A stretch of 25,746 nt of DNA, taken from the IMG/VR virus record IMGVR_UViG_3300042300_000117, positions 1-25,746 of that record. The stretch is one strand, 5' to 3'. This document shows, piece after piece, positions 16,255 to 24,701 of the stretch. Position 1 is the first letter of the stretch, and every line of letters begins with the position of its first letter. This DNA is from a virus. Lineage: Duplodnaviria; Caudoviricetes. Both the position numbers and the translations under genes were made by a program. The notes under the pieces are model-generated. The model was not told the origin of the DNA. It made no database searches and was given only the letters and a program-made list of their open reading frames with translations.

Positions 16255-16893
16255 TCAATACCCCGCTACGTAAGGTGTTGTCAGTCTGCGTGTAAAGGTA
16301 GTATTCAGAGCCTCCATCACATGCTTGCTGTATTCTTGTTTGAATATCTCAGCCTCGCCGTAGGATTGCTCTTGATATTTTGCTATGTAGGCAGCATAAA
16401 ACGGCACTGCCTCAGTAAATGGGTTGGGTAATACCTCAACGTCAGCACCATTGGTCATTGGATCAACCAAAACCACGGTATCAAACTCCATTTGATATGC
16501 TTGGTCTGGTTTTGGGCCAATAAAAATCTTCTTCGGCCCATACATGGAAAACGCTACCGGGCGACCAGTAAAGTTTTGCCAGTATCGCAACTGTGCGTTG
16601 AAGTTTGTCCAAGGAAAATAGCTCAAAGGAATGCGTGAGTCACCCCAATACAGAATGACGTTTAGCACATCAACGGTATTGTTTCCTTCAGGCAGGTCAG
16701 AAAAGTCGATTGTCTCGACGTTATAGGGTGCGGTATGGTTTTGCAAAACGCGGTTGCACCCAGTGTCTCTGACAAGGGTGTTTCGCCCATCGTTTATGTA
16801 ATCCGTTAGCTCTGCATCTGTCCAGAAGTTCGCATTAACGTCATGCAATAAACGTCGGGTCTGCGTAATGTACCCAGACAACGTATCTGCCAT
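16255..16893 (-). CDS. Head-to-tail adaptor (P22 gp4 / T7 gp11 positional equivalent)
   Basis: 212 aa; TL..YI...RRLL.D....FWTDAELTDYINDG N-terminus, G.P..F and I.P.PD motifs, helical C-terminus. Confidence 0.75.
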   Translation of the reverse strand: MADTLSGYITQTRRLLHDVNANFWTDAELTDYINDGRNTLVRDTGCNRVLQNHTAPYNVETIDFSDLPEGNNTVDVLNVILYWGDSRIPLSYFPWTNFNAQLRYWQNFTGRPVAFSMYGPKKIFIGPKPDQAYQMEFDTVVLVDPMTNGADVEVLPNPFTEAVPFYAAYIAKYQEQSYGEAEIFKQEYSKHVMEALNTTFTRRLTTPYVAGY

Positions 16894-16895
16894 GA

Positions 16896-17258
16896 TTAAC
16901 CATTAAGATTTGCAACTTTCGCCGCACCCTTTGCTTTAGGCATTGGGGCGGCTACTCGCTCCACCACTGGGGCTGACAAGTGGACTGTCTTAGCTGGCTC
17001 TTGTTTGGGTAAAGATGATTCCTTAGAAAAGGAAAATGTACCCAGTCTTTCCATTGCCATGTTGAACTGGTTACTCATCTTCATCCAACCAAGCCGAACT
17101 AAATAAGGCTCTTTATTGTCATCGCCATAACCAAAGATATGCTTTGCTGCAATCTCAGGAATCTCTACCTCTTTCCCCGGCTCGAAGTTATACATAATGC
17201 CATCAAGACCGTCGGAAAAAGGATCAGAACCATTGTTGCGAACAAAGATCGTAGTCAT
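16896..17258 (-). CDS. Hypothetical protein of the head-completion region
   Basis: Start moved to the ATG at 17258 (MTTIFVRNNG), which gives an ATGA overlap with the upstream stop; 120 aa with a low-complexity K/A/P tail. Confidence 0.7.
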   Translation of the reverse strand: MTTIFVRNNGSDPFSDGLDGIMYNFEPGKEVEIPEIAAKHIFGYGDDNKEPYLVRLGWMKMSNQFNMAMERLGTFSFSKESSLPKQEPAKTVHLSAPVVERVAAPMPKAKGAAKVANLNG

Positions 17259-17656
17259 AGCGAGACAATATCTCCATAAAGGGCAACGTCGCAAGTGACT
17301 GCGGCATTGACCGAACAATTAACATAAAGCACGCGGGCAGTTTGAACGTCAGTGTTTGCTGCTGATGCAAGCGTCAGATCATCAAACTTGGTTGTGCCAG
17401 TTGCAGCACTCAAAGCCTGATCCGCAGCAATGGTAGTGCCTCCACCGCTTGCGGCGGTGAAGACACCCACATTAGCACCACTTGCATTACCACTGAAGTT
17501 GGACAGAACTATCCGACGCACAATGTACTTCGTTGCGGCTTGAGCAACCAGCGTAGTAATGTCGCCTGTGGCATTCAGACTAACCGCTGTCTGAACGGCA
17601 AGACGAACATTACCAAAAGCATCTGGGTACTCATGACCGACTGCATTTGCGTCCAT
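17255..17656 (-). CDS. Putative capsid cement/decoration protein
   Basis: 133 aa, beta-sandwich-like composition rich in A/T/V; second gene after the capsid gene; GGGGA SD. Confidence 0.55.
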   Translation of the reverse strand: MDANAVGHEYPDAFGNVRLAVQTAVSLNATGDITTLVAQAATKYIVRRIVLSNFSGNASGANVGVFTAASGGGTTIAADQALSAATGTTKFDDLTLASAANTDVQTARVLYVNCSVNAAVTCDVALYGDIVSL

Positions 17657-17668
17657 AGTCTTTCCCCC

Positions 17669-17992
17669 TTATGCGTAGGTTTCGCCAGCAGCCTGACCGC
17701 CGTTGATCTCAAGTAGCGTCACCGTTGCAGTGCCAGCAGAATCTTTGGCATACACGTTGATACCATCCGAGAACACCACGCCACCTGTGTTTGCAGCCAT
17801 AACAGTTGCGTTAGACGAACCGTTATAAGCCAGCACAGAGACGTTTGCCGACGGGAACATAACAAACAGGCCAGCCGGAATTACCGTACCGTTGCCAGTG
17901 TTGACAGCACTAATGGTAACAGTCTGGAAGTAGGCACCCGGAGTGTTGCTCTGAGCGCCAGCCAGCAGGATTTTATTGGTAGCTAAAGACAT
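17669..17992 (-). CDS. Putative capsid cement/decoration protein
   Basis: 107 aa, beta-rich; immediately downstream of the capsid gene; GAGGA SD. Confidence 0.55.
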   Translation of the reverse strand: MSLATNKILLAGAQSNTPGAYFQTVTISAVNTGNGTVIPAGLFVMFPSANVSVLAYNGSSNATVMAANTGGVVFSDGINVYAKDSAGTATVTLLEINGGQAAGETYA

Positions 17993-18001
17993 GATTCCTC
18001 C

Positions 18002-19012
18002 TTACAGGCTCAAAGAGTTGTAGCCCGTAATCTTCGTCATGGCTTTCGGCTTGGTGTTTACCAGTTCTGCAATCATCAGAACTGCACCAACGTAGCCAAT
18101 CTGGAAGTTCGGAAGGGTGGACTCAAAGCCGGTGAAAGCGAACGACGCTTGCTCATGGATATAGAGCGAGAGATAGTTCGTGTTCAGCAGGTAGAGTGTA
18201 CCTTCTGGGCAATACGGGTCGGGATAAATAGGCACACCGGCGACCATCAGGGCGCGGAAAGCGGCTTGTGGGCCGTTTGCATCGCCATCAAAGCCAGAGC
18301 CGGGAGTAATCATGTAGCTCTCTTGGCCTACATAATCTTGTGCCAGCAGCGTCCAAGTACCAAAACCGCACACACCGAAGGTTGGCACTTCTGCGCCATT
18401 CTTCACCGTGCCGGAAATGTATTGCAGGACGTTCTGACGGGTCGGGTTGACCGAGCCAGCGGCGTACTGCTTGGACTTCCACCAAGTGTTTGAGCTACGG
18501 TTGATGTTACCGTAAGTCGCTGTACCAGTACCATCATCGACTGCGGCTGGCAGACCGATGAATTGCTGGTTGTTGCTGGTGTTGTTGTACAGCGCAGTTG
18601 CCATCGAATCCATCATGACGTTGGTCGCATCGTTCATGCGAGCCTCAATCAGAGGAATGATTGCATAGTCTTGCTGCACTGCACCTTCCATACCGAGGAA
18701 CGGTACGGGAGAAACCAGCAGTTTCAGGTTAAATTCAGCTTGGTAAGCACCTTGCTGAACGGAAGGCTGCGCGAACGAACCGGAATAGTCCGACCACTGA
18801 GCATTCACGAACTGAGAACCCTGAACAGGCACCGACACAGAAGACACACCGCCAGAAGCAGTTTGACTGTTTGCGATCAGCGCCGCCATGAGGGGCGTAG
18901 AGTTGTAGATTTGTACGACCAACTTCGGGATAAATGCCCGACGAGTGACGTAGGTCAACTCGTTGTACTGATTAGTACCCGAAGCCGGAAGAATGCCGCC
19001 ACCAATAGGCAT
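18002..19012 (-). CDS. Major capsid protein (HK97 fold expected)
   Basis: 336 aa after the scaffold; ELTYVTRRAFIPKLVVQIYNSTPL, FIGL.AAVDDG....YGNINR, GVPIYPDPYCPEGTLYLLNT.YL; strong GGAGG SD. Confidence 0.88.
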   Translation of the reverse strand: MPIGGGILPASGTNQYNELTYVTRRAFIPKLVVQIYNSTPLMAALIANSQTASGGVSSVSVPVQGSQFVNAQWSDYSGSFAQPSVQQGAYQAEFNLKLLVSPVPFLGMEGAVQQDYAIIPLIEARMNDATNVMMDSMATALYNNTSNNQQFIGLPAAVDDGTGTATYGNINRSSNTWWKSKQYAAGSVNPTRQNVLQYISGTVKNGAEVPTFGVCGFGTWTLLAQDYVGQESYMITPGSGFDGDANGPQAAFRALMVAGVPIYPDPYCPEGTLYLLNTNYLSLYIHEQASFAFTGFESTLPNFQIGYVGAVLMIAELVNTKPKAMTKITGYNSLSL

Positions 19013-19042
19013 AATTTACCTCCGAAGTTTAAAAATAGCCCC

Positions 19043-19570
19043 TTACAAACCGATTGGCTTTGGATTCTTGCGAAGTTCAGCCAAAGCTAAGTGTGCGTTT
19101 TCACGCGCAGCACCTACCGGATTTTTCATATAGCCCTTGATGTCCATGCGAGACATCACTGGCTGTGGATAACCGGGTGTTGGCACGGCTGACTGCTTCA
19201 TGTGCCGCCAGTAATCCGCAGCGGTTTCATGATTAGCAATGCCTTTTTCGGTCATCAATTTTTCAATTTCAAGGATTTCATCATCAGACTGAGCCAACCC
19301 TTGCTCTTTCAAACGACTGCGACGCTTGTTTAGTTCCTCGCGTATTTCACGGGCGCGAAGTTGTTTCTCAAGGTCTTCCACACGCTTTTCTGCCGCCGAA
19401 GCACGTTCGTTGACAATCGCTTCCATCTCTAGTTCCGGCACAGAAAGGTCAGGCGTGACTTCTTGTGCTAAACCAAGAAACCGTTTGCGTGTTTTTGGAT
19501 TAGAGTTTAAACGCTCAGAAAGCGCAGCAAGCTCTGCAATCGCTTCGGGAGAATAGTTTTCCAGACTCAT
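19043..19570 (-). CDS. Capsid scaffolding protein (putative)
   Basis: 175 aa charged coiled-coil directly upstream of the capsid gene. Confidence 0.65.
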   Translation of the reverse strand: MSLENYSPEAIAELAALSERLNSNPKTRKRFLGLAQEVTPDLSVPELEMEAIVNERASAAEKRVEDLEKQLRAREIREELNKRRSRLKEQGLAQSDDEILEIEKLMTEKGIANHETAADYWRHMKQSAVPTPGYPQPVMSRMDIKGYMKNPVGAARENAHLALAELRKNPKPIGL

Positions 19571-19588
19571 GATTAGCCCCTTGTCTTA

Positions 19589-19774
19589 TTAGTAAATCTT
19601 TTTGGTGTCGCCCGGCTTGCTCATGGTCATGGCGTTACGCTTACCAGTTTTGCTGGCATTCGAGAGGCCACCCATTTCCGAGAAGCGTGGGGTGTTATAG
19701 ATTTGACCATTCATTTGCGAATTATCGGTAGGACGGCGAACCGACATTGCGCCTTTGGGTTTAAAAAGTTCCAT
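19589..19774 (-). CDS. Small basic hypothetical protein
   Basis: 61 aa; AAGGAG SD; likely disordered. Confidence 0.7.
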   Translation of the reverse strand: MELFKPKGAMSVRRPTDNSQMNGQIYNTPRFSEMGGLSNASKTGKRNAMTMSKPGDTKKIY

Positions 19775-19783
19775 GATTACTCC

Positions 19784-20215
19784 TTACATTGGCAAAGGTG
19801 GTGCGGTTGTTCCCGCGATAGGCGCTGACATTGCTTCTCTTTGCCCCGGCGTAGCGCCACCGGCTTGAGGCAAAGATTGAATCATCTGGATAATTTCGGA
19901 AGGCATCAGGCGGCGTGTATCGGCCTCGCGCTCACCAAAACGACGAGTGATTTCAGCAATGACCTTCTCAATAGTTTTGGTTTCTGACGAATCCATAGGG
20001 AATGCGCCCATTGCCTGTTGCAGCATATCGAGCGCCATCATCACATTTAAGCGGGCAGATTCTTCTTCGCCACGCTTAGGTTCCGGCGTACTCATAGGGC
20101 TTGCCATAGGCGCAGTTGTCTCCTCCTGCTCAAAAGCCGGGGGCGTTGCTGGTTCGCTACCAACACCTTGATCTGCCTTCAACAGGCTCATCATGTCTTC
20201 TGTTTTTACGGCCAT
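19784..20215 (-). CDS. Hypothetical head-module protein
   Basis: 143 aa, P/M/A-rich ends around a helical core; AGGAG SD at 20222-20226. Confidence 0.75.
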   Translation of the reverse strand: MAVKTEDMMSLLKADQGVGSEPATPPAFEQEETTAPMASPMSTPEPKRGEEESARLNVMMALDMLQQAMGAFPMDSSETKTIEKVIAEITRRFGEREADTRRLMPSEIIQMIQSLPQAGGATPGQREAMSAPIAGTTAPPLPM

Positions 20216-20237
20216 TTAGCACTCCTATGCTGCGCGA

Positions 20238-20267
20238 ACGATAGATATAAAATAGCTATCGCGTCAA
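20238..20267 (-). promoter_or_regulatory. Putative sigma70-type promoter for the capsid/tail operon, with a dyad in the spacer
   Basis: Minus strand TTGACG (20267-20262), 18-nt spacer, TATCGT (20243-20238); lies in the largest non-coding gap of the window, just after a terminator. Confidence 0.55.
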
Positions 20268-20269
20268 CT

Positions 20270-20295
20270 AAAAAAAGGGGCAAAATATGCCCTTT
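20270..20295 (-). terminator. Rho-independent terminator after the terminase-portal unit
   Basis: Minus strand AAAGGGCA-TATTT-TGCCC-C-TTTTTTT: short GC stem followed by a U7 tract. Confidence 0.7.
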
Positions 20296-20304
20296 ATAGT
20301 TTTA

Positions 20305-20478
20305 CTATCTTCCAGTTGTACGAGTGGGCTGATTTCTTGTTGCCCCTCGGAAAGCATTTCTATTGAAGCTCATGGATGGTGGTTGGCGTGTCGATTGAAT
20401 GTCGCGTTGCGTCATTCTTGGTTGATCACCTGATTTCACCATTGACTGCGAGTTCATTGCGCCAGAGTTTTGTTCCAT
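20305..20478 (-). CDS. Small basic hypothetical protein (57 aa, absent from the ORF track)
   Basis: Translated by hand: MEQNSGAMNSQSMVKSGDQPRMTQRDIQSTRQPPSMSFNRNAFRGATRNQPTRTTGR; TAATG overlap with the portal stop; ends just before the terminator. Confidence 0.65.
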   Translation of the reverse strand: MEQNSGAMNSQSMVKSGDQPRMTQRDIQSTRQPPSMSFNRNAFRGATRNQPTRTTGR

Positions 20479-22133
20479 TACACTGCCCTCAACTGTGGTT
20501 GTTCGGCCTCTCCAGCGGCAGGTTCGGCGGCTGGTTGTTGCGTTTGTTGCGGTTGCGCTGCTTGTTGCGCCGCAGCGTTGGCTTCCATGACTTTGACTTC
20601 TTCAATCAAACGATCCTTCATGGGTGGCTCAACCATCTCAAGCAAGCTAGAACGGCTGATTGCGCCAGCATTGTACAGGCTAAAGGCCAAGTCTCTTGCG
20701 TCTTCCATGAAGATTGGGCTGTTGGAATGAGCATCGACCTTGACCACAAAGTCGCTGGTGAACTGGGCGGCAATAAACTCATTGCCATCGGTATCACGGT
20801 AGCGGGTATCGTCATAAGCCATCATCATCTTGAGATACTGCGTTGCAATCTTCTCAAGACTGTCCTCAATAGTCAGCGCACGTTTTTTGGCGCGGGAAGA
20901 ACCAAGGCGGGCAAGCTGCGACGCATGGCCTTGACTTCTAACGCCGGTTTCTCCGCGACCTGAGAGAACGCTGGTAATGCCAGAGGCTTCAGCAAACATG
21001 GCATCAATCTCGGCAATTTCGCGGAATAGGTCATTTGGAATATTGGGCGTAAATTCTTCTACCTTGGCGTTTGGCATGTCAGAGGCCACCATGCCGCCAG
21101 CACGATTAAGCGCAAACATCTTTTCATCCAAGATACCTTGGAAGCCGATAAACGCTTTGGGTGGGGTAACTTGCTTGTCAAGCAATTCGAGAATCTGTCC
21201 GGTGCGTTTATTACGCATCTCTTGCAGGAACACAAGACGCTGCACTTCAGACTGACCATAGTAGTAATCATATTGCGGTGATGGGCAGATTTGTGTAAAT
21301 GGCTGCTCACCCTCCAAGAACAAGCTCTTAGAGGCGCGGTCATAAATCACAATATCAGGATCAGCAATGGTGACGCAAACGTAGTCGTTGACTTTATCGT
21401 CATAAATCCACAGCTCACGCATCTTGACGGTCGGCTCTGCAATCTGCGGCGTGTAGTTCATGCTGCCAGCCAAGTTCATCTGCACGTTGCCGTAGATGGT
21501 TGGATCAATGGCAGAAGTCACCAAACGCTCAACGCCTTCGGGATACTTTTTGGTTTGCTGTTCTGCTAAAGCAATGCGGGAAAGAATCTCATCACGCTTC
21601 TCATGCGAGTAGAGGCGCGAGTAGAGTTCTGATTTTGTCATGTAGAACTCTTGCACCATCGCTTCTTGGCGGTCTGTGTAAGGCGTGTCTTCACGAAGTA
21701 CGCCAAACACGCCGGGTTCCACCATGTAAGGATGAATACCATTGCGCCATATCAATTTAAGAAACGTAGAGTTGTAGCAGAACGCCCAGTTTAGTGCGGC
21801 ACCAAAGACTTGATCTGCGTTACTGGCAGTCCAGTAGTCATGCAATGCTTGGGTTAGCGCAGGAATTTTTTTCTTAAAAGACTCCGGCACAGATGCGCCC
21901 ATCTTAATGGAGAAGCGCGTTGTATCTGCCGAATACATAAAGGCAGATAGCTGATCAATGTGCGGATAGATTTTATTGAAATGCGCTGGCGCAGAGTTTT
22001 GATCTGCACCAAAAAGGTAGTAAGAGCGCAGTGAGGAATACTGTGCTTGACGTTCACCTTGAGACACCAGACACTTGTTCATGATGTCAACATAGAACGC
22101 TTGTCTTTCGACGGGTGTCTCAGGTATTCTCAT
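20478..22133 (-). CDS. Portal protein
   Basis: 551 aa between terminase and scaffold/capsid; YYYGQSEV..L..LQ..RN, F.E.SGI..V.SG.G..GVRS..HA..L motifs and a Q/A-rich tail, typical of podovirus portals. Confidence 0.85.
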   Translation of the reverse strand: MRIPETPVERQAFYVDIMNKCLVSQGERQAQYSSLRSYYLFGADQNSAPAHFNKIYPHIDQLSAFMYSADTTRFSIKMGASVPESFKKKIPALTQALHDYWTASNADQVFGAALNWAFCYNSTFLKLIWRNGIHPYMVEPGVFGVLREDTPYTDRQEAMVQEFYMTKSELYSRLYSHEKRDEILSRIALAEQQTKKYPEGVERLVTSAIDPTIYGNVQMNLAGSMNYTPQIAEPTVKMRELWIYDDKVNDYVCVTIADPDIVIYDRASKSLFLEGEQPFTQICPSPQYDYYYGQSEVQRLVFLQEMRNKRTGQILELLDKQVTPPKAFIGFQGILDEKMFALNRAGGMVASDMPNAKVEEFTPNIPNDLFREIAEIDAMFAEASGITSVLSGRGETGVRSQGHASQLARLGSSRAKKRALTIEDSLEKIATQYLKMMMAYDDTRYRDTDGNEFIAAQFTSDFVVKVDAHSNSPIFMEDARDLAFSLYNAGAISRSSLLEMVEPPMKDRLIEEVKVMEANAAAQQAAQPQQTQQPAAEPAAGEAEQPQLRAV

Positions 22134-22546
22134 TTCTGTATCGTCAAGTTTTCATGGTCAGGAATATATGAACCAACCTTGGGGCCAGTTAAATTAGCGC
22201 CAGATTGTTTGACCGCTTGCATTCCTGATACTGATTCACCAGCAATCGAATTTAAGTTGTAGCCACCCACTTCCGTAGGCGAACCCCAACGTGGAGCAAA
22301 CGGATTATTCGGTGTTGCATGGCGTGGCGGCTGCGCCTCACCCTCTCTAGTGGATTTAATATCGCTCATCTTAAAATCTAGCGCAAGTTGTTTTAGCGTT
22401 TTGTCATTATGCTTGGTGCTATCACTTTGCATACCAACGGGTTGCAAGAAAACTAATTGTACATCTGTGCAGCCGGACGGACAAACTGCCTCAAAGCTCT
22501 CAAAGTATCCATGCACCGGACATTTATAGTCGTGTAATACAGCCAT
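22130..22546 (-). CDS. Zinc-ribbon protein (FmdB-like N-terminus)
   Basis: 138 aa; HDYKCPVHGYFE...CPSGC (CxxH...CxxxC) at the N-terminus. Confidence 0.6.
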   Translation of the reverse strand: MAVLHDYKCPVHGYFESFEAVCPSGCTDVQLVFLQPVGMQSDSTKHNDKTLKQLALDFKMSDIKSTREGEAQPPRHATPNNPFAPRWGSPTEVGGYNLNSIAGESVSGMQAVKQSGANLTGPKVGSYIPDHENLTIQK

Positions 22547-22554
22547 TTAGCCCC

Positions 22555-22947
22555 TCATTTCTTTAACAAGTGTGGTTTTGTATAGTCGTACTTATTAACT
22601 GGTTTGACAGACAGTGAGATTTTACCGTTACTCATTTCCAAAGTGTAGCCACGGCGCATGGTTTTGCCAAAATCTTTGGGTGGGTGGTAGTCCAGCACCA
22701 TGCGACCGGCAATATCCATTCGCATTCCGGCCTCGCCGTTCTCCATTGCTAGCAAAGCCTTGGATATTCGGCGCTGAGTAGTGCCTGAAACGGGCATTTT
22801 TAGCTCAAAAAACGCCTTTTTCATGTTCCGATAGTCCACACCAGCCAGTTTAGCGAAGGCCGCCATAGAGTAGCCTCTGCGCCTGTTTTCGCGCATATTG
22901 TGCAGTCTTTGCTTAATTTCGACGATGGAAAGTACGGAAATCATCAA
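22555..22947 (-). CDS. Putative helix-turn-helix DNA-binding protein
   Basis: 130 aa, basic; GYSMAAFAKLAGVDYRNMKKAF....S..TQRRISKAL resembles an XRE/Cro HTH. Confidence 0.55.
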   Translation of the reverse strand: MMISVLSIVEIKQRLHNMRENRRRGYSMAAFAKLAGVDYRNMKKAFFELKMPVSGTTQRRISKALLAMENGEAGMRMDIAGRMVLDYHPPKDFGKTMRRGYTLEMSNGKISLSVKPVNKYDYTKPHLLKK

Positions 22948-24701
22948 AAACCCAGTGCTTTTAGGTAGCTAGACACCTGTTTTTGCACCTGAACCTGCCC
23001 TCCAGCCTCATTTTCAGCGTCTTTTACCTCTTTTTTGTCTCTTGTGACGCGATTTGCGATCAATCTAGGCTGTAATTGCTCTGCATAAGCAGCAGCAGCT
23101 AGGGCGCAAGCGATCACACGGTCATCTTTTGACCTGCCAGCGGCGGCAATGGTGCCGTTATCGCGCACAATCCCCTTCATTTCGTCGATGCACTCCTCTG
23201 AATACACCTTCAACATGCCACGCTCGAAGTAATCCTTCAAGTAATTGAGCATTCTTTCCTTGCTGGAGTGGGTTGTCACCCATCCAATGCTGTTGGAAAT
23301 GCCAAAACTATCGTTCCTGCGCCACAAATAGTGCTGCATGTTGCCCAAAACGTCTTGCAAGTGACGGGCTTCAGCCGTTGGCAGGGTATTGGCTTGCCGT
23401 TTTAGGTTCCGCATCTCGTTGATTACGGCTTGACCGGGGCCATTTACCTCCAAATTTAGTAGGGAATTGCCATAAGCGCCAGCCAAATAGCAAACAATCC
23501 ACGCAAATTGATAGGTATTTAGTTCAGCAGACGCAAATTCTGCCACCTGATCCATGCCATCGGCATAGCAACGGAAGACCTGAATGCAGAATCTATCTGC
23601 CCAGTCGGACGATCCATAAGCCGGGTCAGCGCCAATGACGTAGTAGGCGTTGGCAACGGGTTCTTCCCATATCTTCAAGGTTGCCAGACGCTCATTGCTT
23701 TGAATCAAACTGGTATCTTGAAAGTTGGCTCCCATGCTAAATCGGTAAGAGACAAAGGGTGTACGCTTGGCCTCCTTCATGGAGTCGGTACAACGGGCGG
23801 TAGAGAAGAAGGATGTACCCGTCATGACGAAGGCATAGTCTTCTGTTGGCGGAAACTCCTGATACATTAGGCCATCGTCCTTTAAGCCTTCATGTAGCTT
23901 CCAGCGCCACCATGCGATCTGCCGGGAGTTGATCTCATAGTTGTACATCTTGCGAATATCTTTCGTCCATTCCTTTTCCTCGGGTGACAATTTGCCATCC
24001 CAGTAGGTTTTGTAGATGTTGGACTTGTGATCGACGGTGTAGAGCTGATTGCGCCACCAGCCGCAAAAGATTGCCCTTTGGGTTTTGGCTCGCTTGGCTG
24101 TTGTCCACATATCGTGGAACATATTAAAGCCACGGGCGGTGGACTCAAACATGTAGTAGCGCAGCGGGTTATTCTCAGCCAGAGAAGCCAAGAGAGATGC
24201 CAGACCTTCTTCGTCGCCCCATGAAGACGTTTCCGTGCCATGCAAGAAGGTAATGCCCTTGCCTCGACCCAATCCACCTTTAGCGCGAGTGCCAGCGACT
24301 TGATAGAACATGCGGCTACGGTTTTGTAGAACCAACTGATTGCGGTTGTGGCTCATCAGCGGAATCTTGTATTGCTTGGGCAGACCGTCCATGTACATCG
24401 AGAGGGTGCTTCTGAACTGCTCCCGGTTTTCTTCCGTATCCGTCGTTAGCGTGCCTTGCATGCCGGGGTGGATAAAGTGCCAGTACAGGTCAAGCGCAAG
24501 CGAGATGGTGGTAATACCAAGCTGTCGGCCTTTCAATACCACGAAGAAGTGGATGTCTTCTTTTAGGCCACGGGCAACCTCATCCATGACATAGGTTTGG
24601 GTGCCAAGTAGCTGGTCGCCCAGTGTGATCATGCCGAGTTCTTTGGATTCAATCCTTAGTTGTCGGCAGAAGCGGTAGAAGTTCTTGCGATCAAACTGCA
24701 T
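22944..24701 (-). CDS. terL: Terminase large subunit
   Basis: Walker A VVLKGRQLGITT, Walker B-like FLHGTE, coupling motif FESTARG, nuclease motifs YVIGADPAYG, EVNGPG and KDDRVIA. Start placed at the ATG at 24701 (MQFDRK) rather than 24752. Confidence 0.93.
   Translation of the reverse strand: MQFDRKNFYRFCRQLRIESKELGMITLGDQLLGTQTYVMDEVARGLKEDIHFFVVLKGRQLGITTISLALDLYWHFIHPGMQGTLTTDTEENREQFRSTLSMYMDGLPKQYKIPLMSHNRNQLVLQNRSRMFYQVAGTRAKGGLGRGKGITFLHGTETSSWGDEEGLASLLASLAENNPLRYYMFESTARGFNMFHDMWTTAKRAKTQRAIFCGWWRNQLYTVDHKSNIYKTYWDGKLSPEEKEWTKDIRKMYNYEINSRQIAWWRWKLHEGLKDDGLMYQEFPPTEDYAFVMTGTSFFSTARCTDSMKEAKRTPFVSYRFSMGANFQDTSLIQSNERLATLKIWEEPVANAYYVIGADPAYGSSDWADRFCIQVFRCYADGMDQVAEFASAELNTYQFAWIVCYLAGAYGNSLLNLEVNGPGQAVINEMRNLKRQANTLPTAEARHLQDVLGNMQHYLWRRNDSFGISNSIGWVTTHSSKERMLNYLKDYFERGMLKVYSEECIDEMKGIVRDNGTIAAAGRSKDDRVIACALAAAAYAEQLQPRLIANRVTRDKKEVKDAENEAGGQVQVQKQVSSYLKALGF

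Noticed and set aside
17259-17318. Extended start for the gene ending at 16896 (and similarly 12536..12556)
   Set aside because: Downstream ATGs at 17258 and 12535 give an ATGA overlap or a clear SD; the extensions lie inside upstream genes.
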